DNA of 64,000 bases, from the NCBI RefSeq assembly GCF_009914755.1, contig NC_060937.1; one strand, given 5' to 3'. How positions within the stretch are numbered: the stretch's first letter is position 1; each line of letters begins with the position of its first letter. This stretch comes from the human T2T-CHM13v2.0 reference genome, Homo sapiens. The translations under genes were made by a program, and so were the position numbers. This document shows positions 39,351-53,400 of the stretch, in pieces. The notes under the pieces were generated by a model. It saw nothing but the letters and a program-made list of their open reading frames with translations. It searched no databases and was not told where the DNA came from.

Positions 39351-40424
39351 GTAAGTGGGTTTCTTTATGAAAGATAGATTTTATGGCTGAATAAAAAACA
39401 ACTGTAGTTAAAAAGTGTCATTGCATGGCCTTATTTGAAGATTTTTCCTTAAAGGAACTTTAGTGTTTGTTGTTGAAACTACTAACAGACCAAAAAAGAG
39501 AGAAGTATTAAATTACTTTATCATTAACCACAAACGCAACACGAAGAGTTGATCAGCTCCGTATTTTATCATTCAGAAGCGTTCAGCCTTTAAAATATTT
39601 AAGCATCCACATTAGTTCTTGTCAAACTAGCACAAAGCAGTGCATAATATGACCTGTGTGTAAGAGAAGAACAAGATAAGAGGGTACGGTCAGGGTGAAA
39701 TTTCCACAATGGGATTGCCCTGTGCTATAGATAATAGTTTGGCTTCCTGTTTCCAGACAATTACAAAATGATGCTGAATGTTTTCTTTATATTTTTACTT
39801 GGTCATGCTAAGTCTAGTTGGTATTGAACTACCAAGGAAGTAACAATAAATTTGAGGCATCCTACATGCCCTGTATTATTTCATATGGCCAATTAGAAAA
39901 AATAAAAGCTCGATCAAATTTTATGGTGTCAGACAGCGTGATAATTTGGGTTCTCATGGTATAAATAACTTTAAAGAAAATATTAAGGACTTTCAAGCTG
40001 GGTAAGAATCAAAATAATTTCTCAGTGTAACTAAACATCTGAGAGTCTCTTTGCATAGTGCCTACTGTGTAGTGAATAAAGGAATGGCTGGGAGACAATT
40101 TCTTAAACACCCCTTAAAATCTTCCATTGGTCTTATATAAACCAAAGTATATAGAAATATAATTATCAGTGAAATTAATATAGAGCATTTAAAAGCACAA
40201 ATTTTAACCCTACTGTGTGGGATGAGAAAATACAGGAAAAATGTGACCTCCAGGAGGGGATTAGAGAGTACTAATGAAAAAAAATCCTTGTAAATCTTAA
40301 ACCCCTAATTTCAACAGACATTTATTACAAAGCTTTCTGTCCTTCTCTAGTTTTAAATCCAAAAAATGATCCTGGAGAGAAATAAAGTTACTATTAGTGA
40401 GATATCAGGAAATTTTATAACAGT

Positions 40425-40426
<2 letters not shown>

Positions 40427-40474
<48 letters not shown>
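40427..40474. repeat. (AT)24 perfect microsatellite
   Basis: Directly visible. Confidence 0.97.
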
Positions 40475-40477
<3 letters not shown>

Positions 40478-40492
40478 AACTTTTAATTTTGT

Positions 40493-41015
40493 TATTCATT
40501 CATTCATCCATCCATCCATTCAGCAAACATTGAATTCCTGATATGTACAAGTTGCTGGAGAAACAGTGGTCAGCAAGAGAGATAAGGGCCCTACCTTCAA
40601 GTAGCTTACGTTATGATGGGAGAGAATAACAATGAACAAAAAAAATATATAAAATAATTACAGACTGGAATAAGCAATGCATAAAATAAACCAGGTGTTA
40701 TAATGAAACATACTGGTTAGGACAGGTTTCTCTGAGAAGATATTCAAGCTAAGATGCAGGAGAAGCAGCTAGCTGATTATCTGAAAACTAGAAGCAAGCT
40801 GTTTCATGCTGAGGAAACAGCAAGTGCTTGGAAGGTTCTAGATGTTTAGAAGCCAGTGTAACTGAGGTTTTAATGACCAAGACATAGTCCACAAAATGAA
40901 ATGGAAGGATCAGCCAGAATAGATCAAGCATTATAGGCCTGAAAAGAGTCTGGATTTTGTTCTATAGTCATTGAGAATTTTAAGCAGCCTTTGATAAGAC
41001 ATGGTGAGATTAAAT
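40493..41015 (-). mobile_element. L2 (antisense) 3' portion
   Basis: ttattcattcattc...ttcagcaaacattga, ggccctaccttcaagtagcttac, aggtttctctgagaagatatt, agtctggattttgttcta. Confidence 0.8.
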
Positions 41016-42074
41016 CCAATCCCAAAGCAAAGCAGTAATACAATAGAGTAGGAGGAAAAAGATTCAAAGGTGAAAAAGGATTTTAAATATACATAAACAC
41101 TGAATGGCCTAAGCAAAGTTAAAAACAGACCCATATCTTGGAAGCTTTATAAACTATCCTTGTGGCAAATATTGTTGAATTATGGAAAATGAAATAAAAC
41201 AAAACCTAATGGGCATAGAATGCTAATATATAAAAATGTAGCTTTCAATCATATTTATATATACTGTAAAATAAAAATGCATAGACCTAAACCTTTTGAG
41301 AAGTTTTGTTAAGTTTTGTTAAGATTGCAGCAATAATAAAACTATTAAAATTTCACCTTCAAGAGAAGTGGATGCTAACACAATATATTGTGTATAGTCT
41401 CTTTAATTTGTTTTAAACCATTAATTTTTAAAATCATTGCTTTCAGAATTACTTATTGTTAATATTTTATCCACACTGCAATGTAAGAATAAAACAATTT
41501 TTAACCTTTGGAGAAAAGATACTATTTTCCAGACTGGCAACTTAATAAATATTTGGGTGACTATCCCTGTCTTCGACATCTAAAGTGAATAATTTAATAC
41601 AATAATATCGTTCAGTTGTGGAGTAGCATGCAATTGAATTGTTATAAATTTACAAAAATGCCTGTAATAATATCACAGATTAAAACATAAATTGATAGAA
41701 TTGTGGTAGTATGTTTTTACTGTGCAGGAGGATCTGCTAAAATAACCAGCATTTAGGAAAGTGAATGGAATAATATAAACACTTGAATGTAAAAAATTAT
41801 TACAGATATGACATTGGATATATTAAAGTATTTTGTGGTAAGCAAATATTAAGGAAATAATGATTGAATCTCTTCCTAAAATAACTTTGCCAATGCAGGA
41901 TCCAAACTCTCTGATTCTGCTTGCCTGAGCGTTTTGTATTTTTAAGTAAGGAGCTGGATCATACTTAGGTTTTTCTGCACATTAAGAAAAGTGTTAGCAG
42001 TAAAAAGTCCAGCCCAGGTCCTTCTGTGACTGCCTAGGGACTGCCAAAAACTCCGGGGTATTCCACATCTACTT

Positions 42075-42505
42075 TCATTATTCTTTCATTCAAAAGTAAT
42101 TTATCAAAGAGTTACTGTCTGCCAAGCACTGCCCTAGACACTTGAGATATATCAGTAAACAAAACCACAAAGGATCCCTGCTCTCAGAGAGCTTGGATTC
42201 TATCAAGAGGAGATCAATAAATATTAGCCTGATAAATAAGTCATATAGTAGATTAGAAGATGATAAATGCCATAGAAAAAGACAAAGTAGAACAAGATAA
42301 GGGAGATCTAGACATGAGACAGGAAGCAGGTTACAATTTTAAACAGCATGATCAGTGCACACCTTCTTGAGCAGGTGACTTGTAAGCAGAGGCTTGAAGG
42401 AGGTGAGGGATTTGCTGGGCATCTGGGAAAAGAGCATTCCAGGCAGGGCCCTAGGGAAGACAGGCCCGGTGTTTTGTAAGAAGAGAAGGGGCCAGAGTGA
42501 CAGGA
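42075..42505 (-). mobile_element. L2a (antisense) 3' portion
   Basis: ttcattcaaaagtaatttat...tgccaagcactgccctagacacttgagat, tccctgctctcagagagctt, gggaaaagagcattccaggcaggg. Confidence 0.85.
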
Positions 42506-43517
42506 GCGGCAAGGTAGAAACCAATTTTGTACTCTCCAGTACCCATGAAGGAGAAGTCCTGGAATTTTAGCAAAGGAGCAGCTTCGAGCAGCAATATAGG
42601 AAGGAAGGGAGGGAGGGAGGGAGACTTAACGTTGAATTTGCATCTTTGTGGCAAGCCTACTGTTTAACCTAGAATTTTTGTCAGAAATAAGAATATCAAA
42701 GAATTCTAAAGATCACTGTAGTCACACTTCATGTTTAGAGTTGTCTTTTTTCTTATTATAATCATTCTTTAAAGATGGTACTATGTACCACCTCTCTAGC
42801 TACCTCATAGTTCTCAGGCCTGGTTCAAAGTCTTTCTTAGGACTGTACACTTATCTAACAAGCAAATTAGTGGTTATGAAGGAATCAGAATTACAGGGCA
42901 GCCCAAGAAACTGCCCAAATGCTGGAACTAAATGTACAGTAATCACTTGGGAAAATGTGGTAAATTCAGAAGAAAATACAAGGTTCTTTAAAAAAAATGT
43001 GCATTCAGGTGCACCGAGTTTCAAAATAAAACAAATAACTAAGGAGAAACCATAAAAATCAAGTCCTGCATGTAAAATAATCTCTCGTCTGTTAGTAGGC
43101 AGCACTCCACTTTTTGATTTTTTTAATGACGTTTATCCATTACAGTCAAATTAGAAAAAAATAGTATGACAGTGCTTCAATATTTTTAAACAAAGCAGAA
43201 ATCTTTTAGTAATCTGTTGACTTGAAATACTCCAAAAGAAAGTGGATTAGTCCCACAAAACAAAGTGCTTTCCTCAATACGTGTTTATTGTAATGGAGTC
43301 CAGGACCACCACATGACATTATAGTAAAAGCTCTGCAGTATTTCCATCTGGCAATGAGAACACAAGATGTTGTGTAAACTACCAGAAGGGCTCTATTTCA
43401 TTGTAATTAAAATTTAGTGTTACACTTAAGCAATAAGGCAACTCCAGGAGATGTGATTATCATGAGATAATGACCTTGGGGTGTTACAAGGCATACAAAG
43501 AACCAAATGCCTCCAAT

Positions 43518-43530
43518 CCTCTAGGGGGCA
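43518..43530 (+). promoter_or_regulatory. Candidate CTCF site
   Basis: CCTCTAGGGGGCA matches the CTCF core consensus CCWSYAGRKGGCR and lies in apparently unique sequence. Confidence 0.45.
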
Positions 43531-45169
43531 AGATTATTTCTACATAACAATCTCCACCTCCTCTTGCTTACCCACCCCTGCCCCTGAAGCTGTATGATCA
43601 GTGAAAGAGGAAAGCTTGGGATTAAGAGCACTAATATGATTTCTGCAAAAAGAGGACATCGGGGGACTGGTATATGACAAAGATGGCATCGTGGAATGCT
43701 GAAGCAGCAGTTTCAAATGAGTTGTATTGTTTTCACAATAATTATGCAATGGCTTTAGAATTCTCTGGACACACATAGAACTGTCAGTGATGTCATAGTC
43801 ATGTAAGTAATCCTCAGCAAGGGCACAGATTTAACCTTTTCCCCCTGTTTTGGTTTCGTGATTTCCATTCCATAATAGCAATAAGATATGACAGGTGGTA
43901 CATTTCTTGAGGGTTTATTATTCTTCTTGGGTGGTTGAAGCCATTCAGCCTTTGGCCTGAACCTCTCAAGACATCTGAGATGTATAATAATTTCCCCAAA
44001 ATGCAATGCCTGTCATGTCTTATTGCTTAATTACTTTGTACTTACCAAGTAATTCTTCTTAAAGTGAATGCAGATAACAGCGCTTATATTACAGTTTATA
44101 CTACTAGAAACTACTTCTAAATGGGAAAACATGGGACAATTTCTACTGTTATGAATGAGGGAACATTCCATTGTATTATTGTTATAAACTGTAAACTGGA
44201 GGGCCACTTAAAATTATGTAAAATATTTATATGTTTTAATAATTTGTTGGAGGGGAAAGTGATAAACTAAAATTAGAGTTAATATAAAATTAGGACATCC
44301 TCAATGACAGCTCATGTTGAGGAGATGGGTACCCTAATTATTCAAAGGTATCTCAACTCTCGTATATCAAAGAGTTGAAAGGGTGAGCTTAGCTTGTATA
44401 ATATTTTTAATTTAAAAAGAATGGAAACAAGTATTATTAAAGGGAAGCACTGGAACACTGGGAAAAATTATAAAATAGTAATATGGAAAGGATTTGCATA
44501 TATAAATATATATCTGTGTATATCAAATATATAAAACATGGACACACTGAAAGGGTAAAAGAGTAAAGATTCAAGGTATTAGGGTTTTTTTTTATTTTTT
44601 CGAGGTAAGGAAGAACCTCCTAAATACAAATGAGCCTTATTAGCCGTCTACCCGGTTGAAATTTAGAGTTTCATTGCCCCCTATTTCATTTTACTGGTAT
44701 ATAGTCATGTTCCAGTAAATACCTTCAACTCTCCACTTAAGAGAGTATAATCTTCACTTCTGTTGTGGCTGGATCTAAGATCTGGTGAGCTTATAAATTT
44801 AGAATACCTTGGGGTGAGTCTACATATTCCTGAAATTCAGGAATATCTACACAAAGATTAATTTACAGGACCAAAAAAATGCATATAAACAAACATGATA
44901 TATTTATACAAATCGATGAATACAAATTGTACATTAGAACACTTTCTAAATTAATCTCTGTAACTAATCTGGTAATTTAGGTACACAACACAATAACATA
45001 TTTCTTGACGAGGTCTCCGTCATAGTGAGTTCTCTCAATGACATGTCCCGAGTCACCAGGAACTCAGCAGTCATATTATTCAAGGATTCTAGAACATGAG
45101 GCAGGGGAAAGCTGAGTACTCACTCCAGGTCCAGCCCACTCCAATATTCCCTTCTTCATCGGAGAATCA

Positions 45170-45350
45170 ACTAGGAACTTCAGCTCCCATTTTCTAATTG
45201 ATCAATCTTATGACCTTAGTTAAAGTTAATTGACCTTTTTGCTCAATCTAGATTCTATATTTGGGGGGAAAAAAGTACTAATACCAGCTCTAACAACTTC
45301 ACAGAGTTTTGTGAAGATGTGAAATAGAATAAGGGGAAATGTTTTATAAT
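45170..45350 (+). mobile_element. Degraded MIR
   Basis: tatgaccttagttaaagttaattgacct...taataccagctct...cacagagttttgtgaagat. Confidence 0.55.
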
Positions 45351-46872
45351 TCAAGTGCTAGTCACATCCATTTCTGATGTTGCTGTTGTTGCTACTATTG
45401 CACTCGACTGAACATTGAGAATGGATGGTGAACACACTTAGGCACAACTTTGGGACAAACATTAAACTAAAGGGATATGGTTGGGGTCAGATAGGGACCA
45501 CATTCTTATTTTCTAAAAGTATCAGGTGAAAGAATGAAAATATCAATTTTTAAATCATTATGAGTCATAAATCTCCATATCAAACAGATAAACACAAGAA
45601 AAATTCTGTTGCAAAATCTCTCTTATGTTGTAAAGCATTCATCACTTCCTGATAGAAGATGTTGCTGATTTTGGCCTCCTTCATGAAAGCCTTCCTTCAT
45701 TGAAAATGAGATAACCAATCCTTCTTTGCATTATTACCCTGTATCAACAGGAAGTCTTTCTGTCAGAATCCTGCTGTTTCTCACCTAAAACATTGTTTTA
45801 CTATTTCCATTATTGTATTCACCAAACTTGTAGATTCTGTGGTGAGAATGTTTAAATCAATTCTATCTTGGATTATAAACTACACAGCAAGAAAAGAGCC
45901 TGGCAAAGATAATTTTATTGAAAAGTGTTAATACACTTTTCAATAAAGAAATATATTTATTTAAAAATGTACGTGCAAGAAAGAAATATTTTTTATTTAA
46001 AAATGTACCTGTAAATATCATTGTTTAGGAAGCCTGCATATACTTCACCACAACGTTAAACATGTTTATCCTTCCATATATGCAAGAAAGTCTTTGATTT
46101 ACATCACAATTTTATTTTTATAGTACATATAGATAACTTTGCTTCTCTTTCTAATGTATATATTTTTTGCCTAGAACTTTTAGAAGAAACTTAAATTGTA
46201 AGTTGTGTTTTTACTTCAAATGTGTTTTTACTTCAAAGATTATTTAAAATGCATTCTGACCATGACGCACAAGAACATAGAGGAAGTCTCTCACAGAGGA
46301 ACTTCTTTACTTCTCCAACGATGTGTCTGCTCATATTTTCATGGGTAGATTAGCTAGGCATAATTTGATAATAAATTTTGGTAAAGATGAAGTCTTTCTT
46401 CCATTTTTCTCTCCGTCTCTCTGTATCTGTATATATATTTTTTTATTACCAATAAAAAGTTTAACTCTCATGAGATATCTTAAAATTGTTTTCTGTTTTT
46501 TTTTTTTTTTGAAGGAAACTGGATTCTTAAATCAGGCCTTCCAAAAGAACATAAAATTAGAATTGCCTGCTGAATGAAGACAATTCAGAAAGCAAGCTAG
46601 TATAATCCCAAAATTCCCAAATGCTCTTTTCTCAATGATACTTCTATCTACGATGGTAAGAGTGAAAAATATGGAGTTTTTTGTAAATCAAGTACACGCT
46701 TGACAGGAACTATTTATTCACCTCTAAGAACTATTTAAACACAGTCTTTTTTGATACCAAGCCAAGGAAAAAAGCTCAACCACTGTCCTGCAGATCAAAT
46801 TTTTATTGCACAGAGACCAGGTGGTAAATCTGACCTAGAAAAATTAGTAGCCAACACATGCCTGCTGCCTGC

Positions 46873-46919
<47 letters not shown>

Positions 46920-46936
46920 GTCTGTCTGTCTGTCTG
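46873..46936. repeat. Compound tetranucleotide STR (TCTA)11(TCTG)5, followed by (TTTA)n
   Basis: Counted directly. Confidence 0.97.
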
Positions 46937-49579
46937 TCTCTGTTTTTCTATGTATCTACTTCTTTATTTATTTATTTATTTATTTTATTTATTTTTTTTT
47001 TTAATGCCACCTGTGTGAGCAAAATACTTCTTAGAATGGAACAATTCATTCAGGCAGGGGAGCCACTGTCCCATGCCCTTTCCACCTTAATCAAGAGTGC
47101 TCTATCAACAATCTAACACACAGATTCAACACTGATCTTGTCCCTGGGGTGAGTATGATCTTCCTTGGTGGTGATGGTGGTGGTGGTGATGTTGCTGTGC
47201 AGTTGCATTATTGATCCCGCTGCTTTATTGCTAACCATGACTCTCTAGTTTCTGAAATGACTGTTCTTTCCAAGGTGATAAGTTCCTTCATACAATTTCC
47301 AAACAGCTTCATACACATATTCTGGCCCTTTCCTTTCATATTTCTGGCTCCCATTTGTTATCCCACATCTAAAATGGTGACAGACAGTGATTACACATTT
47401 GTCACGAGATCAGAAATTCTTAAAAGATTTCCCAGAAATCCTCATGATAGCTGCTTGAAACTGCATTATACTCCCTGGCACCAGATGGAGTTATTATGAG
47501 GATTCTTTTCTTAAAGAGTCCATCTGCACGATGACTTTTTATGGATTGTTCAAATATACTTTGATTTCCTTGATTAAAATTATAAAATGTGGGTGCTTAA
47601 ACTTGAGAAATATTTTTATATTCTATGGTCTTGTCATTGTCATGCATTCTGCTTAGTGATAAACCTTTGATGGCCATGATCAAATCTAAAAATGTAAAAC
47701 TTTTAGGCAGGGGCATTTAGGATACTTAGAAAATCGTTATAGGATTCCTTACATGAGGTACAGGTACATTCCAATGTACCTTTACATTGAAATAGCATCT
47801 GACATTTTAAAAAGCTAAGTGTTTTCGACCATGTTCACTATTTATGAAAAAAACAGTGGAAGATTTAAGCCTAATTTCCCCTGGGTGACTGTAGTCTTGC
47901 CTTTGTCACCCAGAATTAGATATAAATCTCTCTTTGGCTCTGAGTATGAGAAGTGCTCCCGATGAAAAGATAGCACAGTTCCATAGAACCAAAGTTTTCT
48001 CTTCCACATTAGAGATGTTTTCTATGTGAAATAATAGAGCAAGTCAATCATGAGAAGACTCAAGACTGCCCTAGGGATGTGTAGTTTTCATGCCCTACGG
48101 GTGGCCTTTGGTGATTTATATTTGTATTCATAAACAAGTATGGACTTAAAACTTACAGGTGCTTTAGGGATATCAGAGGTGGAAGATTCAATCCTGGCTC
48201 TGTAGACGTGTATTTTCTTCTTGCATGTTTTTTTTTTCTTTCATGAAATGGTTGACTTAAATCTTAATAGATGGCCTCATGAAAACTACAAGATAAATAA
48301 CAAGAGCCTAAAAAAAGTGGGGTTAAAAAACAGAAATGCTTGGAAAAAAATAAATGCCAGCAAGCAAAAATGGCTCAGATTACAAAACATTTTAAGAGAA
48401 TTAAAGTGACAGAGTTCCACAAACAAAACATATTATCTGTTATTCAAGGTATTGGTAGAGCAGGGATTGCAAAAATCAATGCACCTCTAAACCCAAGACA
48501 TTGTCAAACAACTGTTTAATACTCAAGTCTCACTAAATCACAAATCCAGGTTGGTAATGAATAGAAAATTGGCAGGCTAGGGCCTCATTTCCTTTCACTT
48601 CTTCTCTTCAACCTCACAAACTGTGAAAATGTAAAACAGGTAAGCAGTCAGTGAGTGAAACAATTAATATCCCACCACATCCTTACATGATTAGCCTCTT
48701 TAAAAAATCGGAAGCAGACTTAAAGGTGATGAAACATCACAGTATAATTTTAACAAGAATAACTTCAGCTCCTACTATGTGCCAGTCACTTTTTCACTCG
48801 TGTCTGCTTCAGCTTGTGGAATTCAGTGGAAACTGCCTCTTTCAAGTCCTCAGCCTCCAACTCAGAAAACTGAGTCAGTCTAAAATGAATCTCTGCTTAC
48901 ATAAATGACTTCCTCTTTTGTCTTGCTGAAGGGAATTTTGCTTATCTGAATCAGCCTGGTGACAAATCCAAAAGTTTCTTGATGAGATCAGATCATATAG
49001 TTCCAGTAAATTAGCACATACCAAATACAGTATCTGCTGAATCTTCAGTATTCCAACAGACTCCTATCTATTGTCAGCAATAGAAAATGACCTTCAAGAA
49101 GGCTGCTTCAACTAAGGCTCCTGGAGTTTAATTGAGGCTGTGACTAGACCCAAAAGTATTCAATCTTTGCCCAACTACTTTACATGGAGACTCTGTGTCC
49201 TCTCTGACTTCATGAATTTATTTATTAACTCTGGAGAAGTTTTAATATACCAAAAAAAAAAGTGCAAAAAGACTTCTTTGTGCCAGCATCCTAATGTTCT
49301 TTGTGTTACCTTTGCTGCAGCCTAAAATTTAGAACCTTGGGTTGGCAGAGGCTGAATCATAAGACTGCCCTGTGGCTTCTCCATAGAGCCTGTGCTCTGG
49401 GTTCCCATCAACATTATAAAGTTGCTTTCTTGATTCACAGAATTTCATGAAAGTAGAGGCAGAGTACTGAAAACCATATGCAAAACGTAGTTTAATAAAT
49501 GTTAATTCATTCAGAGATCACAAAGTGCCTCTGATTTTTGCCTTACATAGTTCTAGCTTATTTCATCTGACCTCGCCAT

Positions 49580-50255
49580 CCTGCATATTTACATATATAT
49601 ACACACATGCATATACATACACACATATACACATATGTGTATGTATAAATATATAAACAATTGGTAAATCTGAGTAAAGGATATATAGAAGTCCTTCATA
49701 TTTTTGTGTTTTTCTAGAAGTTGCAAATTATATCAAAATTACAAGTTACTCCCCCTAATTAAAATAAAATTGCCAGAAAAAGAGAGAGGAAGAACAGAGA
49801 GATATGAAAACTAAATGCAATGCATAACCTTGAATTGAATCCTAGAGCACAGGAAAAACATGCCCTGAAGAATGGCAATTGGTGAAAATTGAATAAAGTA
49901 GGTATATTTGAAAATAATATTATAATCAGTGTTAATGTTCTGATCTTAATAACAGTGCTACGGCTATATAAGTGAATGTCCTTGTTCTTACTCTTAGGAA
50001 ATAATTAGGGGGAAGGTAGTATGATGTCTCCAAGTTATTTTCAAGTAGTTTAGAAACACACATGCACACACACACACACACACACCCCAACCACCCCACA
50101 TACATATATACATATATATGTATACACATATTCATATACATGTACATATGTGAGTACATATATATATGTATATATGTATGTGGGGTGTGTATGTATTTCT
50201 AAACTATGTGTATGTGGGGTGTGTATGTATTTCTAAACTATATACATACATGTTT

Positions 50256-50295
<40 letters not shown>

Positions 50296-50412
50296 GAGAA
50301 AAATGATAAAACAAATGTGGCAAAATGTTTAAAAATGGTGAACTTGGATATAGGGTATACAGGAGGGGTTTTGGTGGTGTTTTTTGTTTGCAATTCTTGC
50401 AACTTTTCTGTT
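49580..50412 (+). mobile_element. L1MC4-like 3' UTR fragments with embedded CA/TA microsatellites
   Basis: aactaaatgcaatgcataaccttgaattgaatcct, gaatgtccttgttctta, aatgataaaacaaatgtggcaaaatgtt...ggtgaacttggat...tgcaacttttctg. A second 3' end copy lies at ~49655-49770. Confidence 0.75.
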
Positions 50413-51596
50413 GACAGTACACCTCCTGCACTGGACCCTTGATCCATGATCCCTTATTCATGATACCTGACCCACTTGAGATCTCGTGGCTGACATTTTT
50501 TTTTTCATTGAATTTCCACATGAATTGCTGGTTTATAACTTTGCCTCCCTACTGACACTGACATCTTATATGTAGGTCTCTGGCTCTAGTTCCTACCTCC
50601 CCAGCCCCTATCTGGGCCATAATCCTGATTCAATATGCTGTTGGTTCTCAGTCTGAATTCTTTAGACCATTCAATTCAAAATTGCACACCTTTTTTCTCA
50701 GACTGAATCTTTATGTTTGGTACCCCTGCTACTTCAAGTGGAATACCTGTGTACATATTTTTATATATGTATGGCTCATTTAAAAAATATATATATGTTT
50801 CATTTATATTACCTACCTGTTGAAAAACTATACAACACTAATTGTTTTTGGATTTTCTGTTAGGCTTTATAATTTATAAATTCCCATGTTTCTTTTTTCA
50901 GATAAAACTTATTTCAATTTTATTACATTACTGAAACCCCCGCAGGATAATGCAATCATATGTATTGACTAACGTTCATAGTTCTGTTGTTTAAAATAAA
51001 GCAGAATTGAATTAAGGCCTAATACAGTCACATAAAAATTGCACTGCTTTCTTTTTTTTTAATTTCATTTTAAACAGGCAGCCACGATATCCGAGCCCAG
51101 TTATATAAACAAAAATTTCACTAAGAAAAAGAAAGCAAAAAGGGTACTTCTATCTATAGAAGTTAATAGGATAAGTTTCTGAAATCCAGATTAAAATACT
51201 GAAGCCTTGCAGAGCAGTTCTTCTCTTAAGAGTATAGATAGGAACAAATTGTTTGGCCCACATGAACAATCTCATTGTTTGTACTTGATAATCTTGGATC
51301 ACAACTGAAATTAATGTGACAAGTATTCTTTTTTCTAATATGAAATAATTCTTCAGAAAAAAAATACTAGATAGCCATACTTACATCTCATATCAATTTC
51401 ATGTTATACCAGTTTACTTGGATGAAATATTTTTTAAAATCCCCCTTCCTAGTTCCCAGTATGGATAGGTTTACCGCTTCTCTCTACTGTGTGTCATGGA
51501 GTGTTAATGTTTCTACAAAAGGCAAAAATATTAAAATTTCATAGTCGATAAATGGATTTCCAAACTATATAACCTGTATTGTTACCCTACATCTTT

Positions 51597-51884
<288 letters not shown>

Positions 51885-53039
51885 ACCCTACATCTTTAAG
51901 AAGCATTTTGAGATTGACCCCATCAAAATATTCAGCTTCTTTTCACATTCCTCTGCTGGTAAAACAAAAAGAGAAAAATAGCAATACTGCATAACTGTTT
52001 TGTAAGAGTCTGTTTTATTTCCCAATTTATTCATCAGGAAATTTCCCTGGATTTAAAAAAATTATCATAATGTTCAAGTATCTCAGTTGTAATATGAATA
52101 GTTTTTCAATGAAATGTGATTTGAACTATAGAAGTACAAGAGCAAAACAATGGACACCTTTAAAGAATATGAGACCTAAATCCCATGGCAATATGCTAGT
52201 CAGTGTTTTGTACAGGGAGGTCCCATTGGTTTAATTTCTGTTTTCTTCTCACTTTACTCTGATCCTACAAGGATGCAAATGGAGTAAAAGTGGAATCAGC
52301 CAGAATAATTTTCCCCAATGAAGACAAATAAATCAGTACAAGAGAAAATAATATACATGTCAACAGTCAAGACCGTATATGACTCCAGTATGAACAGCAA
52401 TAAGCACTTGACTCTAGCCTCCACTCTAAAACTTGGGGGCATATGATGAAAAGCTGATGTCAGTGATTCTACTTTGGGGGATTCAAATACTGATATTCTT
52501 TGACACGTTCTACTCACAAACAAGAATAAAGATTCAGAATAACAGCCAACTTTGTCCCTGAAGATCTGTGAAGCCCGAACAGAGCTGTAAGAAGCTCCTT
52601 CACTGAGTCTTAATCTTAAAACCACTGAAAAGTTCTGCCTTACAGGCCAAAGGTCTTGTGTGTTTGCATGTGGAAAAAGATGAGCTTGATGAACTACTAC
52701 CAATAATGATAGTTAAGCTTGGTACAACAGGGCCTTGATCATTTCATCTTAAAAGAAACTGTATAATAAGTTGCAGCAAGGGAAAGAAAAGGAAGTATGA
52801 GATGTTCCACAGAGTTCCTCTGTCTTGTTTTCTGTCTGGATATATGACAACAATATTTCTATTGAATAATCAGGACACCGTCTTTTAATCATAATTGGAT
52901 GTTATGGTTGTCTTCCATGCAAGCTGCAGATGACTGCCCCTCCACAAACAGTCATCAAATTATGCCACTTGAATGCCCCAAAATGGAGAGATGGGCGTGG
53001 GAAGAGAAAGACACCTCAGCAACACAGAGCTGAGAAAAC

Positions 53040-53400
53040 ACTGTGAGTTTTATTTAATTCCTACTTACGGTTATTTTGCATAGTAAACAAAAGGGATATT
53101 TTTGAAAATCCCTTTGGATAATTTCTGCCACCTAAAATTCTGAGCATTTTGACTCACTGCCTTATAAAAAGAATCAATTAATTGAATAAGAGAAGGGATT
53201 CTCCCCTGATCTTTTCAAGAATCCTTAAAAGGCACATTTCTCACTAAGGATCTTGAAAGTGTATTTCTAGCCAATCCCAGGAGTCACTGCTCAGAGATTT
53301 ACATTTCACAAATGTAATCAACAGCCTAAGCAGAATATTGACGTTTGGACTGCAGAGCTCTGCTACCTGCCGCATCACTGCCATCCTGAATACTGCTGTG
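53040..53400. promoter_or_regulatory. Candidate enhancer (FOX/ONECUT/AP-1/NF-kB motif cluster)
   Basis: GTAAACAA (53083), TGACTCA (53150), AATCAAT (53172), GGGATTCTCC (53195), CCAAT (53271) and TATTGAC (53336) within ~270 bp of non-repeat sequence. Confidence 0.5.

Noticed and set aside
44296-44378. Two adjacent imperfect hairpins
   Set aside because: Short, bulged stems with no terminator, snoRNA or miRNA hallmarks.
46751-47116. 121-aa ORF with LSIY repeats
   Set aside because: Open only because the TCTA/TCTG/TTTA repeats lack stops in that frame.
52296-52703. 135-aa minus-strand ORF
   Set aside because: Non-ATG start, no recognisable family and no supporting splice context.
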